64,000 nt of DNA. It comes from an uncultured bacterium (GTDB lineage Bacteria; Babelota; Babeliae; Babelales; Vermiphilaceae). This document shows, in pieces, positions 9,351-20,800 of the stretch. The stretch is from assembly GCA_963707655.1 (NCBI GenBank), contig OY970172.1:544001-608000 (forward strand), read 5' to 3'. A program made the translations under genes and the position numbers. Within the stretch, counting starts at the first letter, position 1, and each line of letters opens with the position of its first letter. The notes below the pieces were generated by a model. It was not told the DNA's origin and made no database searches. It saw nothing but the letters and a program-made list of their open reading frames with translations.

Positions 9351-10769
9351 TTAAGAAGTAATGCAAGAGGATACATCAACGGAAGAAAGCATCTTATTCC
9401 ACAGACCATCATATCGTCTTGACACCGCATCTTTTATGTTTGCATTGTTTGATTGTTTTAATTGAGCCATAAGCTCATCGGGAATAGCTTCGCGCTGAGA
9501 ATAATTTTTTTCTGCTAAAAGGAGTGCCACGATATCTCCAAGCGAAGCAGTGTTTGTTAGTGCTCGATGGGTATAATAAATATGCGGGTAAAGCTTGTCC
9601 AATCCATTTGTTCTGATGACTCCATTCACTAACACAAAGGTTGCATCGGGAGATAGTTGATGCCCACACCAGCGCGGATTCTTTCCTTTGTAAGACCGTA
9701 AAGTTATTTGTTTGTTACAATCAAATAATTCATCAGGTATATAACTACAGTCTGTACTCGGTACGTGTTGCGTGCCAACGAGAAACGCTGCATCATCACT
9801 CAATTCATAAGGCAAAGAGACGCGTCGCGCAAGAATTTTATAATCACCGGTAGTGCAATCAGTGAGCAAAAGATCACATGTGCGACCGTCAAACAAATAT
9901 TGGTCCCAATTATTCGCGACGGATGCAATAAAAGAATGTTTATTCACAAACTTTATATCTCCCACTGTATTACCATAGGAAATTGCTCTGATCGTTTCGC
10001 CGCTTTGCGCATCATCAAGATACACCGTTTTGCTATCTCTTCGTATTTTTATTTTTTCATCAAAAGAAACTATTTCTGTAGGGTTTTCTTCTTCTGCAGG
10101 CGATATCTGATCGAGCCGGCACGGAGAAAGTGTTTTACTGGGAATATGGTATTGCCAAGCTAGCTGAGTAGTTTGAGGATTTGCGCTTTTGAATAGTATT
10201 GATGCGCTGTCTTGCGAGAACATAAAATCAGAAGTGAAAAAGCCACGATCACCCCACTGGTATCCAAGCTCGGAAGAATAAACAGTTTCTTCTTCTCCTG
10301 TTGGTACATGAATGACAACCAGAGTGTCATGAGGCAAGTTAAAACGATTATTGTGAAATCTTTTTTGTGCAATATATGCTACATATGATGAATCAGGACT
10401 TATCTTTACAAATTCTGGATGCATTTCTAGAGCCGATAGACTAATTGCCTGTGCATCATTAATAGTTTCAAGAATATTAGCATGTTCTAAGACAATCTCT
10501 TTTTTTAATATGTCTTGTATACCTTGGGGAATATTTGCAATATTTGATCTCAAGTGTGACAGATTTTTTATTGCGCTGCGCGCTGCGATTTGTTGCAATG
10601 TTAGGATTGGAGGGAATTGTCTTTCTTGGGCAGGAATAATGGGGAATGATTTTTGCACTGCCCCTTGATCCATGGCGTAGCAGACCGATGCGATTGATAC
10701 AAAAAATATAAGATTGACCACCGACTTGGGTGCTAATCTGTGCAAAAATGATAATTTCATATGAAACAA
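9351..10769 (-). CDS. Exported beta-propeller protein with N-terminal SOCS/BC-box-like motif
   Basis: Signal peptide ending CYA-MDQ; LTLQQIAARSAIKNL...IANIPQGIQDIL; blade-like motifs ISPDSSYVAY, FSQDSASILF, LSDDAAFLV, LSPDATFVLV. Confidence 0.65.
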   Translation of the reverse strand: MFHMKLSFLHRLAPKSVVNLIFFVSIASVCYAMDQGAVQKSFPIIPAQERQFPPILTLQQIAARSAIKNLSHLRSNIANIPQGIQDILKKEIVLEHANILETINDAQAISLSALEMHPEFVKISPDSSYVAYIAQKRFHNNRFNLPHDTLVVIHVPTGEEETVYSSELGYQWGDRGFFTSDFMFSQDSASILFKSANPQTTQLAWQYHIPSKTLSPCRLDQISPAEEENPTEIVSFDEKIKIRRDSKTVYLDDAQSGETIRAISYGNTVGDIKFVNKHSFIASVANNWDQYLFDGRTCDLLLTDCTTGDYKILARRVSLPYELSDDAAFLVGTQHVPSTDCSYIPDELFDCNKQITLRSYKGKNPRWCGHQLSPDATFVLVNGVIRTNGLDKLYPHIYYTHRALTNTASLGDIVALLLAEKNYSQREAIPDELMAQLKQSNNANIKDAVSRRYDGLWNKMLSSVDVSSCITS

Positions 10770-10893
10770 TTTTCCGATGTTGTGTATTGTTTTATTATGA
10801 GCTCCCCCGTACTCATCAATGTATCATTTTTTTGCTCAACGGCAAATTTTAGCCTGGTGAATGTATGAAAAAACGCTTCGAGTAAAGGGGTTT

Positions 10894-11724
10894 TTATCGT
10901 TTTTTTGCCTGGCGCGCCTTGGCATGGGCTATCGCCGTAGCTTTAGGCACAGTTCGCTTGCGCAGGCTTGCCTGCAGCATTGTGCTGAGTGTTGTTTTTT
11001 TCGTTTGTATCGATTTCTTTTTTTTGACGGTTGTTTTTGGTTTTCTTTTTTTGCTTTCTTGAATTGCCTGTTCCAAGCGTTGCTCAAAGGTATCTTTGTA
11101 TTTTTTCAAATCAAATTTCTTTTTAGAAAATTGCTCAATAAGCTGTTTTGCCAATTTTAATTCTATGCTACTGAGTTTTGGTTTGCTGTCCAATTCATGT
11201 ATGGTTTCCATATTTTTGATTTCATAGGCATAATTGATCGTGGTGAGCAGCAAGCCTTTTTCATAGGGAGCAATGGCGCATACATGCTCTTTGTCATGCA
11301 TAACAAAATTACCAATTGCTACTTTGCCCGACGCGCTGAGCGCCTGCTGAAAAAGGAAAAATTCCTTCTCATTCATTTTAGAAGGAGCAAGATAATAATG
11401 TGCATCAAAATAAATAGTTTGTAGATTGTCCCTATCAACAAACTCCATGAGAGCGATAGTATCGGATCGTTCAGGCTTTAATTTCTTTAGATTCTCTTGC
11501 GTTAAGATAAAGTAACTGCCATCCGGTTGTTTTAATCCTTTGACCGTATCCTGCCAAGAAACTTGTTTGTTGCAATCGCGGCACCAGCGTTCATAGACAA
11601 TAGGTGAATGGCATTTTGCGCAGAGGAGCGTAAAGCCGGGAGTGCGGGGAGCAATGGCAGAATAAAGTTTTACCGTAATATTTACTAAACCAAATGAGAG
11701 TGATCCGCTCCAGATTGCTTTCAT
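10894..11724 (-). CDS. ku: Non-homologous end-joining protein Ku
   Basis: MKAIWSGSLSFGLVNITVKLYSA, YYLAP, YKDTFEQRL and a Lys-rich C-terminal extension. Confidence 0.95.
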   Translation of the reverse strand: MKAIWSGSLSFGLVNITVKLYSAIAPRTPGFTLLCAKCHSPIVYERWCRDCNKQVSWQDTVKGLKQPDGSYFILTQENLKKLKPERSDTIALMEFVDRDNLQTIYFDAHYYLAPSKMNEKEFFLFQQALSASGKVAIGNFVMHDKEHVCAIAPYEKGLLLTTINYAYEIKNMETIHELDSKPKLSSIELKLAKQLIEQFSKKKFDLKKYKDTFEQRLEQAIQESKKRKPKTTVKKKKSIQTKKTTLSTMLQASLRKRTVPKATAIAHAKARQAKKR

Positions 11725-11743
11725 TATTTTTCCTCTATGTTTC

Positions 11744-11806
11744 AAAAAAAATCTCTTGCTTTTTCATCATGCGGTGAACAGGTGATGAGAAGCAAGAGAT
11801 TTTTTT
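11744..11806. terminator. Long hairpin terminator downstream of the giant ORF
   Basis: AAAAAAAATCTCTTGCTTTTTCATCA / TGATGAGAAGCAAGAGATTTTTTT imperfect inverted repeat. Confidence 0.7.
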
Positions 11807-11818
11807 ATAATCGGTTTA

Positions 11819-14800
11819 TTAACTCATCATTTTTTCTACACATTTCTCCAGATCGAGGCAGCGTTTGCAGAGCTCCTCTATTCGCTGTTGCTGCAATTCA
11901 ATTTTCTGCTGCTGCTCCTGCCAGCCCTTGAGAAGTAGTGCATGCAATTGACTGTAACGGACAGCCTCAATTTCCCCCGCCAAATTATGAACTACCAATT
12001 CTGGATAAATTTCATAAACATCTTCTGCGATCAATCCATATTGTTTTCTTTTTTCATCGTCGCTCTTATAAGTAAACTGCACCGGATCCAATTGCATTAG
12101 TTGATTGCTCGTAGCAGACAAAGGCTGAATGTTATCTTTATGGCGTCTGGAGGATGTCGGATTGGTTAATTGACCAGAAGTAGTGATATCAACTGCGGTT
12201 CCAGTGGTAGTATTGCCATGGATCCCCGCAATAAAGCATGTGGTTTGCGTTCCTTGAGTACCAATGTAAATGCTGGTTGTTGTCGCGGACACAGGTGTAG
12301 TCGAACCAATAACGATATTGTTTGAACCTGTAGTCATCGCACTGCCGGCATTATAACCAATAGCAATATTGTTAGTACCTGTGGTAATGGCCGCACCGGC
12401 TTGATAGCCGATGGCGGTGTTTTCAGTGCCCGTCGTATTTGCTGTTAAGCTGTTGTAACCAATCGCCGTATTATTGGCACCCGTGGTGTTTGCCTTAAGA
12501 GCTTGATAACCCACGGCAGTATTATCGGCGCCAGTAGTGTTTGCTGTCAATGCCTGATACCCAACCGCAGTATTTGAAGCACCCGTCGTATTTGCTTTTA
12601 ATGTTTCATAGCCAATAGCTGTGTCGCCAGTACCGGTTGTATTATTTTGCAATGCAGCATAACCAAACGCACTGTTTGGACTTGCGGTATTCTTGTTCAG
12701 CGCTTGCCAACCAATAGCCGTATTGTTTGAACTGGTAACATTTGCTTGCAATGCCTGATACCCTTCAGCCACATTGCCAGAACCGGTAGTATTCGCTTGC
12801 AATGTTTCATAGCCGATAGCGGTATTTTGCACACCCGTTGTATTACTTTGCAATGCCGCGTAACCAACAGCCGTGTTGGGAGAGCCGGTGTTAGCAGCCA
12901 GAGCATTGTTGCCGATAGCAACACTATTTGAAGCAGTGACGTTTGCGCCCAAGGCATTGTTACCAACTGCGACGTTGGCAGAACCGGTCGTGTTTGCATC
13001 AAGAGTTTGATAACCCAGAGCAACGTTATTTATACCGGTGTTGTTGACCAGCAATGCCTGATAACCAACAGCGGTGTTGGGAGTGCCGGTAGAATTTGCT
13101 GCTAAAGCACTGGTACCAACGGCGGTATTGTTTGCTGCGGTGTTAGCGGCCAGAGCACTGTTACCAACAGCAACACTATTTGAAGCAGTGGTATTGGCAA
13201 CCAAGGCACTATTCCCTATCGCGACATTTGCAGAACCAGTTGTATTTGCAACAAGGGCATTGTAGCCGACAGCAACGTTATTCGCACCGGTGGTGTTGAC
13301 AAACAATGCATTGTAACCAATAGCGGTGTTCAGAGTTCCGGTGGTATTGAACAACATGGCATTAGTACCAACAGCAGTATTGTTTGATGCGGTATTCAAA
13401 GTAAGGGCACCGTAGCCAATAGCGGTATTGTTTGATCCGCCAGTATTCACAGACAAAGCCTGATAACCAAAAGCGGTATTATCCGTACCTGAAGCTAATT
13501 TATTTAATGCTTGATAACCAACACCCGTATTGTCAGAACCGGTTACACTACTATTACCTGCACCTAAACCGATGAGCGTGTTGAGCAGTGTTGGTGAGGT
13601 TGTATACAATGCCATTGTTGAACTATTGGTTGGTGAGAACATCACCGTTGACCCGGCAGTAGAAAGTGCCTTGAATGCTATTATACCTGAAGCAGGGGTG
13701 ATTGATCCGGCATCGCCATTAACACTCGTAACTGCTCCTAAAGAACTCAATGATTGAAATGTTGGTGATGTTGATGCGCCGGTGCTCGCAAATACATAAC
13801 CACTATTTGCTATGCCGCTTGTGGCACTTAAAAGAGCGCTTGTTGAAGTAGCGCCGGCGATAATGGGCGCATATGGGGTAAAGCTTGTTTGACCGGTTCC
13901 GCCATTGGCAACTGAAACGGTATTAGTCGCGCCAAGCTGTCCCGTTGATGAATTGATAGTAGCAATGTTGGTATTGGCAGTGGTCACTCCGGTGATACCA
14001 CTAATATAGCACGATGTTTGAGTTCCTTGAGTACCAATGCGTGTGGTGTTTGATTCAGCCGCTACACCGCCATTGCCGATATCAATATTGTTAGATCCGG
14101 TTGTCAAAGCAAGACCTGCTTGATAGCCCAAAGCAACGTTATTGCTGCCGACATTATTTTGGAGTGCATTGTTCCCTATAGCAACATTGCTAGAGCCGGT
14201 GGTATTGGAAAACAAGCTAGCGTATCCTACGGCGGTATTGGAAGAGCCGGTGTTGTTGTTGTTCAAAGCAGCGTATCCTATAGCGGTATTACCACCACCG
14301 GTATTGGAAGTCATGGTAGAGTATCCTACTGCGGTATTGCCGGATCCGGTGGTATTGGAAAGCAACGCCTCGTATCCCATGGCAGTATTACCAGAGCCGG
14401 TGTTGCTGTTCAAGGCAGCATACCCTACGGCTGTGTTATTGACCGACGATGGTGAACTATTATTTCCTGCAGCAAGACCTATGAATGTGCTTTTTGTCGT
14501 CGGGCTGGTGACCAAAAGATCTATCGTAGAACCTGAGCCGGAGAATTTTACCGTTGAGCCGGCATTGGAATTCGCGTTAAAAGTAATTACTCCCGAAGAT
14601 GGTGTTGCAGCACCTATATCGCCATCAAAGGTTATAGGTACGCTCCCCGATGTTGCTATGGTAATAGAGTGGGAACCGGGAGTAATAGTAACTCCTGTTC
14701 CTGCTGTTAAGCTAGCCGCTGCCGGTGCTCCACCGGTACTGCCAATGACTAATTGACCATTGGACAACTGGATGCCGCTTAACGCCGATGTTGGAGTTGC

Positions 14801-17800
14801 CCCCGAAATTACAACACTATTGGCTGTAAACGAAGTTGCGCCGGTACCGCCACCTGCTACAACTGCAGTGCCAAATGCAGGATTCGCAGATCCGCCATTT
14901 GAAATTAACGGAACGCCGGCTGTAGATGAAGGGGTTATAGAATTAATTGTATTGCTTGTACCGCCCACCAATACATCATATTGCGTTACTGGATTGCCGG
15001 TAACTGCTGACGTGCCATTGCCAATCAGAACACCAGTAAGAGTTGTTGCGCCAGTGCCGCCGCCGGCTACTGATGCGGTGCCGAATGATGGATTAGCTGC
15101 AGAACCGTTTGAAATCAATGGAACGCCCGTTGTCGCAGAAGGGGCTACGGTTGTTATGGCAGAAGTACCGTTGCCGACTAATACATCGTATTGCGTAAGA
15201 GTTGTTGCACCGGTACCACCATGAGCAACAGTAACCGGTACAAGATCAATAGATAATGAATTTGCGCCGGTTGTGTAGCTGATCGTGCCGCTTGTAGAAG
15301 TTAAGGTGCCAAATGCAGGATACGCGCCGGTTGCCCCAATAAGTACTTGACCATTGGTACCGACCGGTAATGAATGCAAGGCCCCATCGGGAGAACCAAC
15401 CTGTACCGCATTTGGTGTTGTTCCGGCAACATTTACTATTGGCGCCGTTGCGGTGCCGGTAATTGCTATATTATTTCCCGCACTAACTGAAGTTACAATG
15501 CCGCCACCTGCGGTAACTGCTTGCCATGTTGGCAGAGAGGTTGTACCGGTGCTGGTGAGCACATAACCCACATTGCTTTGTCCTGAAGAAGCGCTTTGTA
15601 AATTTCCTGTGGATGTCGAACCACCGGTAATTGGTGCATAGGCAGTAAAGCTCGTATCGCCGGTGCCGCCGCCGGGTACCGTCGCGGTGCCAAAGATTGG
15701 ATCACTTGAAGCCCCATTTGATATTAATGGTATGCCTGCAGATCCGGGTGCAACAAAGCCTACATTTGAAGTGCCTTCACCAAGAAGAACATTGTGCGCG
15801 GTGAGTGTTGGCAAACCGGTGCCGCCATTGGCTACTGAGACCGGTGTAGATAATGAGATTGTTGTTGATCCACCCAAATTCAACGTCCCGCCGCCGGTTA
15901 AGCCGGTGCCAGCAGTGATGGTGAATGGATTTGAAGTTACAGCTCCCAAGGCTACCGTGAACTCGGTTAAATTGAACGATGCGATACCTTTTTGTGTTGA
16001 TGTCGCATTAATGCCACTGATAGTAACGGTTGATCCGCTCCCCGCAGTGGTAATGCCTTGAGTAGGTGATCCGATAATATTTAAGTTGTTGCTTGCCGGG
16101 GTTGCGGTACCTGAATTTTCAGTGAACGTTGTAGGAACTGCTCCAGAAGCTGCAATGGTAATAGAGTTGGCCGCATTGGCAATAGAAATACCAGTTCCCG
16201 GGGTTAAGGTAGCTGCTGCAGGAGCTGCTCCGGTGCTTCCAATTACCACTTGTCCGTTAGTCAAGCTGAGCGAACTCAATGCTGAAGCTCCCGTTGTGCC
16301 TGAAATCACTACTCCATTAGTATTGAATGAAGTTGCGCCCGTGCCACCGCCCGCTACCGATGCGGTGCCAAATGATGGATTAGCTGCAGAACCGTTTGAA
16401 ATCAATGGAACGCCTGTTGCTGCAGAAGGGGCCACGGTTGTTATGGCAGAAGTACCGTTGCCGACCAATACATCGTATTGGGTAAGAGTTGTTGCACCGG
16501 TACCACCATGAGCAACAGTAACAGGTACAAGATCAATAGATAATGAATTTGCGCCGGTTGTGTAGCTGATCGTGCCGCTTGTAGAAGTTAAGGTGCCAAA
16601 TGCAGGATACGCGCCGGTTGCCCCAATAAGTACTTGACCATTGCTACCGACCGGTAATGAATGCAACGCCCCATCGGGAGAACCAACCTGTACCGCATTT
16701 GGTGTTGTTCCGGCAACATTTACTATTGGCGCCGTTGCGGTGCCGGTAATTGCTATGTTATTTCCCGCACTAACTGAAGTTACAATGCCGCCACCTGCGG
16801 TAACTGCTTGCCATGTTGGCAGAGAGGTTGTACCGGTGCTGGTGAGCACATAACCCACATTGCTTTGTCCTGAAGAAGCGCTTTGTAAATTTCCTGTGGA
16901 TGTCGAACCACCGGTAATTGGTGCATAGGCAGTAAAGCTCGTATCGCCGGTGCCGCCGCCGGGTACCGTCGCGGTGCCAAAGATTGGATCACTTGAAGCC
17001 CCATTTGATATTAATGGTATGCCTGCAGATCCGGGTGCAACAAAGCCTACATTTGAAGTGCCTTCACCAAGAAGAACATTGTGCGCGGTGAGTGTTGGCA
17101 AACCGGTGCCGCCATTGGCTACTGAGACCGGTGTAGATAATGAGATAGTGGTTGAGCCACCCAAGGTCAGTGGGCCACCACCGGTTAATCCGGTTCCTGC
17201 GGTGATAGTGAAGTTTTTTGAAGTCACATTGCCATTAGTCACCGCAAAATTGGTTGGACTAAATGAGGCGATACCTTTTTGTGTTGATGTCGCATTAATG
17301 CCAGTGATAGTAACGGTTGATCCGCTCCCCGCAGTGGTAATGCCTTGAGTAGGTGATCCGATAATATTTAAGTTGTTGCTTGCCGGGGTTGCGGTACCTG
17401 AATTTTCAGTGAAAGTTGTAGGAACTGCTCCAGAAGCTGCAATGGTAATAGAGTTGGCCGCATTGGCAATAGAAATACCAGTTCCCGGGGTTAAGGTAGC
17501 TGCTGCAGGAGCTGCTCCGGTGCTTCCAATTACCACTTGTCCGTTGGTCAAACTGAGCGAACTCAATGCTGAAGCTCCCGTTGTTCCTGAAATCACTACT
17601 CCATTAGTATTGAATGAAGTTGCACCCGTGCCACCGCCCGCTACCGATGCGGTGCCAAATGATGGATTAGCTGCAGAACCGTTTGAAATCAATGGAACGC
17701 CTGTTGCTGCAGAAGGGGCCACGGTTGTTATGGCAGAAGTACCGTTGCCGACCAATACATCGTATTGGGTAAGAGTTGTTGCACCGGTACCACCATGAGC

Positions 17801-20800
17801 AACAGTAACAGGTACAAGATCAATAGATAATGAATTTGCGCCGGTTGTGTAGCTGATCGTGCCGCTTGTAGAAGTTAAGGTGCCAAATGCAGGATACGCG
17901 CCGGTTGCCCCAATAAGTACTTGACCATTGCTACCGACCGGTAATGAATGCAACGCCCCATCGGGAGAACCAACCTGTACCGCATTTGGTGTTGTTCCGG
18001 CAACATTTACTATTGGCGCCGTTGCGGTGCCGGTAATTGCTATGTTATTTCCCGCACTAACTGAAGTTACAATGCCGCCACCTGCGGTAACTGCTTGCCA
18101 TGTTGGCAGAGAGGTTGTACCGGTGCTGGTGAGCACATAACCCACATTGCTTTGTCCTGAAGAAGCGCTTTGTAAATTTCCTGTGGATGTCGAACCACCG
18201 GTAATTGGTGCATAGGCAGTAAAGCTCGTATCGCCGGTGCCGCCGCCGGGTACCGTCGCGGTGCCAAAGATTGGATCACTTGAAGCCCCATTTGATATTA
18301 ATGGTATGCCTGCAGATCCGGGTGCAACAAAGCCTACATTTGAAGTGCCTTCACCAAGAAGAACATTGTGCGCGGTGAGTGTTGGCAAACCGGTGCCGCC
18401 ATTGGCTACTGAGACCGGTGTAGATAATGAGATAGTGGTTGAGCCACCCAAGGTCAGTGGGCCACCACCGGTTAATCCGGTTCCTGCGGTGATAGTGAAG
18501 TTTTTTGAAGTCACATTGCCATTAGTCACCGCAAAATTGGTTGGACTAAATGAGGCGATACCTTTTTGTGTTGATGTCGCATTAATGCCAGTGATAGTAA
18601 CGGTTGATCCGCTCCCCGCAGTGGTAATGCCTTGAGTAGGTGATCCGATAATATTTAAGTTGTTGCTTGCCGGGGTTGCGGTACCTGAATTTTCAGTGAA
18701 AGTTGTAGGAACTGCTCCAGAAGCTGCAATGGTAATAGAGTTGGCCGCATTGGCAATAGAAATACCAGTTCCCGGGGTTAAGGTAGCTGCTGCAGGAGCT
18801 GCTCCGGTGCTTCCAATTACCACTTGTCCGTTGGTCAAACTGAGCGAACTCAATGCTGAAGCTCCCGTTGTTCCTGAAATCACTACTCCATTAGTATTGA
18901 ATGAAGTTGCACCCGTGCCACCGCCCGCTACCGATGCGGTGCCAAATGATGGATTAGCTGCAGAACCGTTTGAAATCAATGGAACGCCTGTTGCTGCAGA
19001 AGGGGCCACGGTTGTTATGGCAGAAGTACCGTTGCCGACCAATACATCGTATTGGGTAAGAGTTGTTGCACCGGTACCACCATGAGCAACAGTAACAGGT
19101 ACAAGATCAATAGATAATGAATTTGCGCCGGTTGTGTAGCTGATCGTGCCGCTTGTAGAAGTTAAGGTGCCAAATGCAGGATACGCGCCGGTTGCCCCGA
19201 GTAGAACTTGGCCATTGGTGCCGACCGGTAATGAATGCAATGCGCCGTTTGGAGAGCCAACTTGTACCGCATTGGTTGTTGTGCCTGAAACATTGACAGT
19301 TAATGTTGAGCCGGAGCCGGAAGTGGTTATATTATTACCACCTTCAATAGTTACCGTGGAACCACTGACCGATCCTGAATTGCCATCAATAGTGGTAATT
19401 GCACCACTTGCACTTACTGGCTGGAATGTTGGGGCATTACCTGAACCGTTAGATGTTAATACATAATTGGCTGTTCCGGCATTGGTTGTTACCAACTTTG
19501 TTCCATTATAATAAACAACACCATCAGGTGATGAAAAGCTTGTCGCGCCGGTACCGCCATTGGCGATTGATACGGGTGTTGATAATGCATATTGCAGCGT
19601 TGATGCATTGCTAGTCACAGTCAATCCTGTTCCCGCCGTAGGAGTGACGAATGCGGGATCGGCCGATGCTCCGGCTGCTAGCAACAATTGTCCTGCGCTT
19701 CCCGGACCAACGGCTACAATTGGATTTGAAGCTTCACCAACCAAAACACCATGTGCAGCAAGAGGCGTAACGGTGAGTGAGCCGCCCACAACCATGTTAC
19801 CAGTCGTTTCGAGCGTATTGGCAGCGCTTCTATACAAGTAAGTGTCGCCACCCAACACTATTTCTGTTGCAGTATTCGGCAATTGCAATTGATTGTTTAC
19901 CCCATCCAACTCCATAACAATATATTCGGGAATAACCGCTGCTCCGTCACCGGTATCACTATTCTGATAACTGAAGGTAAGTTTCGCATCGCTGCCGCCA
20001 ATTTTATTAATGTCCCAACCGCGAAGCGCGCTTGTGCCGCCAACAGTTGCACCTTCATCTGAAACAAGCCGCAAGCCGGCAACATCTGTTCTATTGGTAG
20101 TAATTGCAGTGAGGCTGACATTGTTTTCTGAGAGAACAAAAAGCGATGCGGGACTTGTTGCTTGATTTTGATAACCTATTGCCTCGGTAGAATAAATTGA
20201 TGGATTATATATTATTGCCGGATTATTTGTGTCACCATTGGCAACTTCTACCAACGTATTAGCAACATTCGATAGATTGCCAATCACAATTGAGTTATCT
20301 TCTTGGTCGAAGTAGGCTAAACTTACGTTGGCAGAATTATTAATGCTTATTTTATCGCTGTTAGCAGTACCCGCACTTAAATCAAGTGTTGTCGATCCAT
20401 TTTGTATAACATCATTCGTTTGATTAGCAAGATCTGTTGATGTTACCAATACAGATGTAGATGAGGTGTCGCTAGATAAACCATCTCTAATTCCCGTGAT
20501 ATAATCAATGATTTGCGCCGATGAAATCATTGCAGTTGCCTCGCCCGTTACTTGAATAGCGGTTCCTTGTGGCGACCCCAATGCATTGAGACCATTAAAA
20601 TAACAACCGATAATTTCAGTTATGGTCCCCGCTCCGGACGCTTGGATAGAGATACCCGAATCAGGATTAATTTGAAACGTGCAAGCGCTAATTTGTGCTG
20701 TTGACGAGCTGGCTTGCAGGACAGAATTTGTATTGTTTCTAAATCCGGCCCCTCGCGTGTTAAAATCAGCGCCATTACTTAGGCTGACGCCCGTCGCACA

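Noticed and set aside
12310..14440. 42-bp periodic repeats as a CRISPR array
   Set aside because: Degenerate in-frame coding repeats with no repeat-spacer structure and no cas genes.
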